DNA of 47,137 bases from Pachysolen tannophilus NRRL Y-2460. Lineage: Eukaryota. Both the position numbers and the translations under genes were made by a program. Below, in pieces: positions 41,794 to 47,137 of the stretch (its first letter is position 1; each line of letters starts with the position of its first letter). The stretch lies in the NCBI GenBank assembly GCA_001661245.1, contig KV454015.1, positions 1,104,924 through 1,152,060 of the forward strand, given 5' to 3'. The notes under the pieces were generated by a model. It ran no database searches. It was given only the letters and a program-made list of their open reading frames with translations, and had not been told where the DNA came from.

Positions 41794-44700
41794 CTAACGT
41801 CCTGACAAATTTGCATGATCTGTATATAACCTTGGAGCAATGTTCATGGCCATCAATTCTTGGAACAATAATTTAGCAGCATATGGAATATGTAATTGGT
41901 AAATATTTGTCTTGTTTTTACATGACCGACATTCAAATTGATTCTTTTTCAAATTAGCAATGACACTCATCAAACCGCACATACCACAAACATGTACTCT
42001 GAATGCATCTGATGCCTCCATTAATCTTTCTTTTAAGAAACCTGCTGTACCATGTGCAATCATACAATCTCTTTCCATCTCCCCGAAACGTAAACCACCG
42101 TCTCTTGATCTACCTTCAACAGGCTGTCTAGTCAACATTTGAACAGGACCTCTAGCTCTTGCATGGATTTTATCGTCAACCATATGTCTAAGACGTTGGT
42201 AGTAAGTAGGGCCAAAGAAAACTTGGGCCATTAATTTTTTACCAGTGTGTCCATTATACATGACTTCAAAACCTCTGGAATGGTAGCCATTTTCTCTCAA
42301 CAATTTTGAAACCTGTTCAACTGTCAAGTCAGTGAATGGTGTTGCATCACCCTCCATACCAGTCATCGAAGAAACTTTTGATAACAAACATTCAATTAAA
42401 TGGGCTACAGTCATACGAGATGGAATGGCATGTGGATTTATAATTAAATCTGGTACAACACCTTCACTACTAAAAGGCATATCTTCATGTCTATAGGTAA
42501 TACCTATTGTACCTTTTTGACCGTGACGAGAAGCAAATTTATCTCCAATTTGTGGTACTTTTGTAGTTCTGGTTCTAACTTTAACAAACTTTAAACCCTC
42601 TTGGTTGGTGGTTAACAAAACTTGATCCACAATACCATTTTCTGTTGTTCTTAATGGCATCGAAGCATCTCTCTTAGTATGATATTTAGTTCTTTGTCCC
42701 AATTCTTCAGAGTCAGGTTGAATTGGTATTGTTTTTCCGATAATAATATCGGCACCTGATACTCTAACACCTGGTGCAATCAATCCATCGTCATCCAACT
42801 TTTCATATGTTCCTTGTTTAAAACCTAAAGTATCACTTCTATGAGGTTTCTCAAATTCTGCTAATACTGACATTCCTGATCTTGTTTCTTGATCACTATA
42901 AGATCTGAAAAATAATGATCTAAATAAACCTCTGTCAATCGAAGATTGGTTCATAATCATAGAATCTTCTTGGTTATAACCTGAATAACATGAAATCGCA
43001 ACAATAGCATTCTGACCTGCTGGTAATTCTCTAAATCTTAAAAATTCCATCGATCTCGTGGTACCTAAAGGCTTTTGAGGATAGTACAATATATTAGCCA
43101 TGGTATCCATACGAACATTGTAATTTGTTGCAAACACACCCATAGCTTGTTTACCCATCGCAGACTGATATGTATTACGAGGAGATTGATTATGATCTGG
43201 GAACGGAATAATCGAGGCAGCAACACCCAATATCATCGCCGGATGAATTTCACAATGTGTGAAAGTATGTGTTGTACCACTTAAACTTGGCTTAATTCTT
43301 TTTGCAGCATCAATATCATCACCATTGTTCAACTCTTCAACTTCACGCTGTATATTATGTTCCTGGTTATGCTTTGCTGCAATCAAATCATCAATTTGCA
43401 TAGCAATCATTATAGTTTCTTCTTCTTCTGCATCAACATATTCGATTACCCCATTATTCACCAAAGATGACCATCCATATATTGCTCCTTCATGTTCTTC
43501 TTCATCTCCGTTTTCCATATAATCATCTTCATCTACAGGATTCAATAATTTGTTGACGTGTGATTTGCGCAATTTTAATTCACCTTTATGTTCACTATTC
43601 TCATCATCTTCAACAACAAACAAAGGTCTATAAACTCTTCCTGCATCAGTGAAAATCTTAAATTCTTTTTCTCTAATGTCTCTAACGATGGAAACTTCAG
43701 GTGAAATATCACCTTGTCTACGTAAATCTTTAATTGCTTTTGTCAAGTCTGCTGGTTCTCTATGTGTACCAACCCAGACACCGTTAACAAAAATTCTTAC
43801 AGCTTCTGGTGAATCATGAGGTACAAAATCTTCAACTGGTTCCATACCCCATTCTTCTAAATATAACAATATGGCATCAGATGGAGTACCAACAGAAATA
43901 CATGACATTAATGACAAGTTTTTAACCAAACCACAAGCTTGACCTTCTGGTGTTTCTGCCGGACAAACAAGACCCCAATGGGTGTTATGCAATTGACGTG
44001 GTTTAGCTAATTTACCATCTCTACCAATTGGAGTATTTGTTCTTCTTAAATGGGATAACGTTGATGAGTATGTATAACGGTTCAAGACTTGAGAAACACC
44101 TGCTCTCGAAGACATTGCCTTTTTCTGTTCACCCCAATTACCAGTAGCCAAAGAATATTTCAAACCTGCAGTTATTGTATTTGATCTGACTGCTAATGTC
44201 AAGTTAAAATCTCTATTTGTTTCCACACACTTTTGCATATAACGGAAAATATCTTTTGTTAATTTTCTAAATAAAATTCTAAACAAGTTAGCCATCAATG
44301 GACCAGCTAAATCCAATCTTTTCTTACCAAAATGATCTCTATCATCAGGTTCTTTTCTTTCCAATGCACATAACAATAATCTGTTAACCATGTATCCAAG
44401 GAAAAAAGCTTTTCTAGTTTCAAAACCTTCATCTTGTGTAATATGAGGTAAAAATTCTTTTTGTAAAATATCTTTTGCATATTGAATACGTTTTTCTCTT
44501 CTTATACCTAAAGCATTACCTCTTCTACCAATGAAATCCAAAGCAGTTTCTCTATCTTGAATAACAAAAGCTTCTTCAACACAAGGTTTCAACATTTCCA
44601 ACATTTGCCAATCATTTTCATCATAACAAATATGTTCTAAAATATCACCATCTGGAACAACACCTAAAGCTCTAAATACTATAACGATTGGAACATCTTG

Positions 44701-45522
44701 TTTAATATATGGTAATTTTGCCTTTATAGTTCTTTCAGTAGTACCTTTATCTTCTCTACCATATAATTTTAATTGCATAGCACTAATTAATCTCGAACCT
44801 TTTTCTAAAGCAGATCTTATTTCTGCAACATGAGATATTGGAGAAGGTGCAGCTTTTTTGAAAACTTGAACAATATTTGCAGCACTACGTTCTTGAGCAA
44901 TCAAAACTTTTTCAGATCCATTTATGATGAAATAACCACCCATATCATAAGGACATTCTTTTAATTCATAAAATTCAAGTTCATCTAAATCTCTTAATAA
45001 ACAAAACTTTGATCTTAACATAATTGGAACTCTACCTAAATTAATTTGTTCAATTGGTTCTTCAACCACTTTCCCATTTTCATCTGTCTCTGGTTGCCAA
45101 ACTGTCTCTCCAGTAGAAGGTCCTTCATTATCATCTATATTTATTAAAATTCTCTTAGACATTTCAACTTGTAAAGTTGCACTATAAGTCAAATTTCTTA
45201 ATCTTGCTTCTTGAGGAAACATAGCATGAGCAGTACCATCAGATTCAGTCATGGTTGGTGTAGTAAGATAAGTTTTACCAAATTGAATTTCATACCTTCT
45301 ATTGATATTATCATCTGCAGTCGTATGTTGAGCTGGTTGTTCTAAAATTAAAGTACTATCTTCTAAAACTAAATCTTGTATAGTAGTAGATATAAATTCA
45401 TCAAAAGAATCCAACTGCTGAGAAACTAAACCTTTTTCTTGGAAAAAGGAAGATATAACTGTCCAACAATCTTCCGCTGTTATTTGTTCATCCAAAGAAT
45501 ATGGATCCGAGTATTCTGACAT
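41794..45522 (-). CDS. RPB2: RNA polymerase II second-largest subunit
   Basis: [55 protein letters not shown]-terminal zinc ribbon. Confidence 0.99.
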   Translation of the reverse strand: MSEYSDPYSLDEQITAEDCWTVISSFFQEKGLVSQQLDSFDEFISTTIQDLVLEDSTLILEQPAQHTTADDNINRRYEIQFGKTYLTTPTMTESDGTAHAMFPQEARLRNLTYSATLQVEMSKRILINIDDNEGPSTGETVWQPETDENGKVVEEPIEQINLGRVPIMLRSKFCLLRDLDELEFYELKECPYDMGGYFIINGSEKVLIAQERSAANIVQVFKKAAPSPISHVAEIRSALEKGSRLISAMQLKLYGREDKGTTERTIKAKLPYIKQDVPIVIVFRALGVVPDGDILEHICYDENDWQMLEMLKPCVEEAFVIQDRETALDFIGRRGNALGIRREKRIQYAKDILQKEFLPHITQDEGFETRKAFFLGYMVNRLLLCALERKEPDDRDHFGKKRLDLAGPLMANLFRILFRKLTKDIFRYMQKCVETNRDFNLTLAVRSNTITAGLKYSLATGNWGEQKKAMSSRAGVSQVLNRYTYSSTLSHLRRTNTPIGRDGKLAKPRQLHNTHWGLVCPAETPEGQACGLVKNLSLMSCISVGTPSDAILLYLEEWGMEPVEDFVPHDSPEAVRIFVNGVWVGTHREPADLTKAIKDLRRQGDISPEVSIVRDIREKEFKIFTDAGRVYRPLFVVEDDENSEHKGELKLRKSHVNKLLNPVDEDDYMENGDEEEHEGAIYGWSSLVNNGVIEYVDAEEEETIMIAMQIDDLIAAKHNQEHNIQREVEELNNGDDIDAAKRIKPSLSGTTHTFTHCEIHPAMILGVAASIIPFPDHNQSPRNTYQSAMGKQAMGVFATNYNVRMDTMANILYYPQKPLGTTRSMEFLRFRELPAGQNAIVAISCYSGYNQEDSMIMNQSSIDRGLFRSLFFRSYSDQETRSGMSVLAEFEKPHRSDTLGFKQGTYEKLDDDGLIAPGVRVSGADIIIGKTIPIQPDSEELGQRTKYHTKRDASMPLRTTENGIVDQVLLTTNQEGLKFVKVRTRTTKVPQIGDKFASRHGQKGTIGITYRHEDMPFSSEGVVPDLIINPHAIPSRMTVAHLIECLLSKVSSMTGMEGDATPFTDLTVEQVSKLLRENGYHSRGFEVMYNGHTGKKLMAQVFFGPTYYQRLRHMVDDKIHARARGPVQMLTRQPVEGRSRDGGLRFGEMERDCMIAHGTAGFLKERLMEASDAFRVHVCGMCGLMSVIANLKKNQFECRSCKNKTNIYQLHIPYAAKLLFQELMAMNIAPRLYTDHANLSGR

Positions 45523-46313
45523 GATTGATCAAAAAGCTAAAAAAAAAAAAAAAGGCAAAAAAAAATAAAGAAAAATAAAATAAAACAACGATAAACTTAT
45601 GACTTTGTTTATTACAAATGAATGGATTTTCTTTTTAAAATACGAAAATAAATGACAAAATTTATAATACAATGATGTAAATGAATTAAAACGAAACAAC
45701 AATAATAACAAAAATAATAATAATAATAATAAGAATAATATAAAAAAAAAAAAAAAAATAAAAGTAATGAAATCAAATAGGAATGAATGATTTCACCTAA
45801 TGAATTTCAATCAATTTAAAAAAAAAGAGCGATTAACTTAATATAATCTAATATATCAATTAACCTCCTTTAATTATATTTATATATATCTATTAACGAT
45901 ATATATAAATTATTGAATAATAATCAATAATTCTTTATATGTTTCTTCTCTCGCCTTCAGCTTTTTTTTTACTTATTTTTTTTCTTCTTTTTCTTCCTTT
46001 GTTGTTGAAGAAAAAAAAAAACAAAAAAAATTTTGGTGAAAAAAGAGCGTTACGAAGCACTGTGTTAATATAGGCACGACTTGCACGACTATTTAGAAGC
46101 TTCAAGGGACAAGACAAGACAAGACAAGATTAAAGAGAAGTATTAGTTAAAAGTCACTGGTTAGCTAGGTAAATGTTTGGATCCAATAATCATATGATTA
46201 TAACTCGTTTCAATATATTATATACAAAATAACGTCTTGGGGAAAGAAAGAAAAAAAAAAATTAAAAATTAAACAAACAAAACTCATAATGGTTAAATCA
46301 TTTATTAAATTTC

Positions 46314-46912
46314 CTATGCTTTTTTATCATTTCTCAGATTAAATTCTTTTAAAATTTTTGTATTATGATCTAGTTTTGCCAATTTTTCATCAACTTGAGG
46401 TTTTTGATCAGCAAATGCTATAATGTTTTGCTTGTAAGGATGATCACTTCCATCAAATACTTTTAATCTTTCTAATCTTGGAGTTCTTAATTTATTTTTT
46501 GGTAACATTCTACTCACTGCTTTTTTCAATACTTCTCCAAAACCTTGATCAGCAGCAATCTTAGCCATAGGAACAGCTTTACCTGAACCAGGCCTTCCAG
46601 TATGTTTCCAATATGTTTTTTCTGTTAATTTATTACCAGTATATTTCAAATGTGAACAATTTGAAACTACAACATAATCCCCCGTATCCTGTGTTGCATG
46701 GTATATCGGTTTATGCTTGCCCATAAGTGTTATTGCAATTTGGGACGCTAATCTCCCAAGAGTCCTTGGATCTTCTGCAACATCAACATGATGCCAAACT
46801 CTTGCAAATGAAAGAGCAGTCTATATAAAAGGAAAAGTTAGTATAATAATAAAACAACAACAGTAATAAAACAAATTGTAATATAACTTACGTTTCCTAC
46901 TTTACTCGACAT
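46314..46912 (-). CDS. MRPL23: Mitochondrial ribosomal protein uL13m. Exon1 46912-46892, intron 46891-46821, exon2 46820-46314
   Basis: [48 protein letters not shown]...[10 protein letters not shown]...[13 protein letters not shown]. Intron GTAAGT...TACTAAC...TAG. Confidence 0.94.
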
Positions 46913-47137
46913 TGCTTTCTATTATTATTCAAACAACGTTTTTTTTTTAAATTCAATGATTATTGTTTGTTTTAATTCATTCCAAATAGCTATAAATTTT
47001 TTTTTTCCATTTTTTTTTTTCACCTTCAACACATATATATATAGACAAGAGAAGTAAAGGTATAAAAAAAAAAAAAAAAAAAAATTTATAGGGGTAGTGC
47101 AGGCGCGTATTAAAACCCCAAAAACGGAAATTTCTTT

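Noticed and set aside
46074..46128. GCACGACT twice and (GACAA)4 between RPB2 and MRPL23, and CTAAGACTTAA twice at 41387-41410
   Set aside because: They are short local duplications with no assignable factor or function.

Overview
AT-rich, gene-dense budding-yeast (Saccharomycotina) chromosome segment with about 27 protein-coding genes, two tRNA genes (Ala-UGC, Pro-UGG) and one 587-N assembly gap. No transposon or CRISPR array is visible. Recognisable genes: HSE1, LAG1/LAC1, GEP3, TRM10, a CYSTM protein, LCB4/5, SUP35, LPL1-like, ABP1, a Zn2Cys6 TF, MES1, BUD32, COX18, SPT4, ALG13, NMA1/2, VTC4, CDC45, an MCH-type MFS transporter, RPB2 and MRPL23. Seven genes carry spliceosomal introns that the ORF track splits or misses. 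The strongest signal is that CUG probably does not encode Leu. In-frame CTG codons fall where homologues have Ala or another small residue, and I found none in RPB2 or MES1. This fits the CUG-Ala code of the Pachysolen/Nakazawaea clade, though Ser is not fully excluded. Other notable items are an AUGA stop/start-overlapping ORF pair on a slippery A-run, a single-base frameshift in an A10 run of VTC4, and an 11-bp hairpin between the branchpoint and 3' splice site of the sphingoid-base kinase intron. Homologue comparisons are from memory and need alignment checks.
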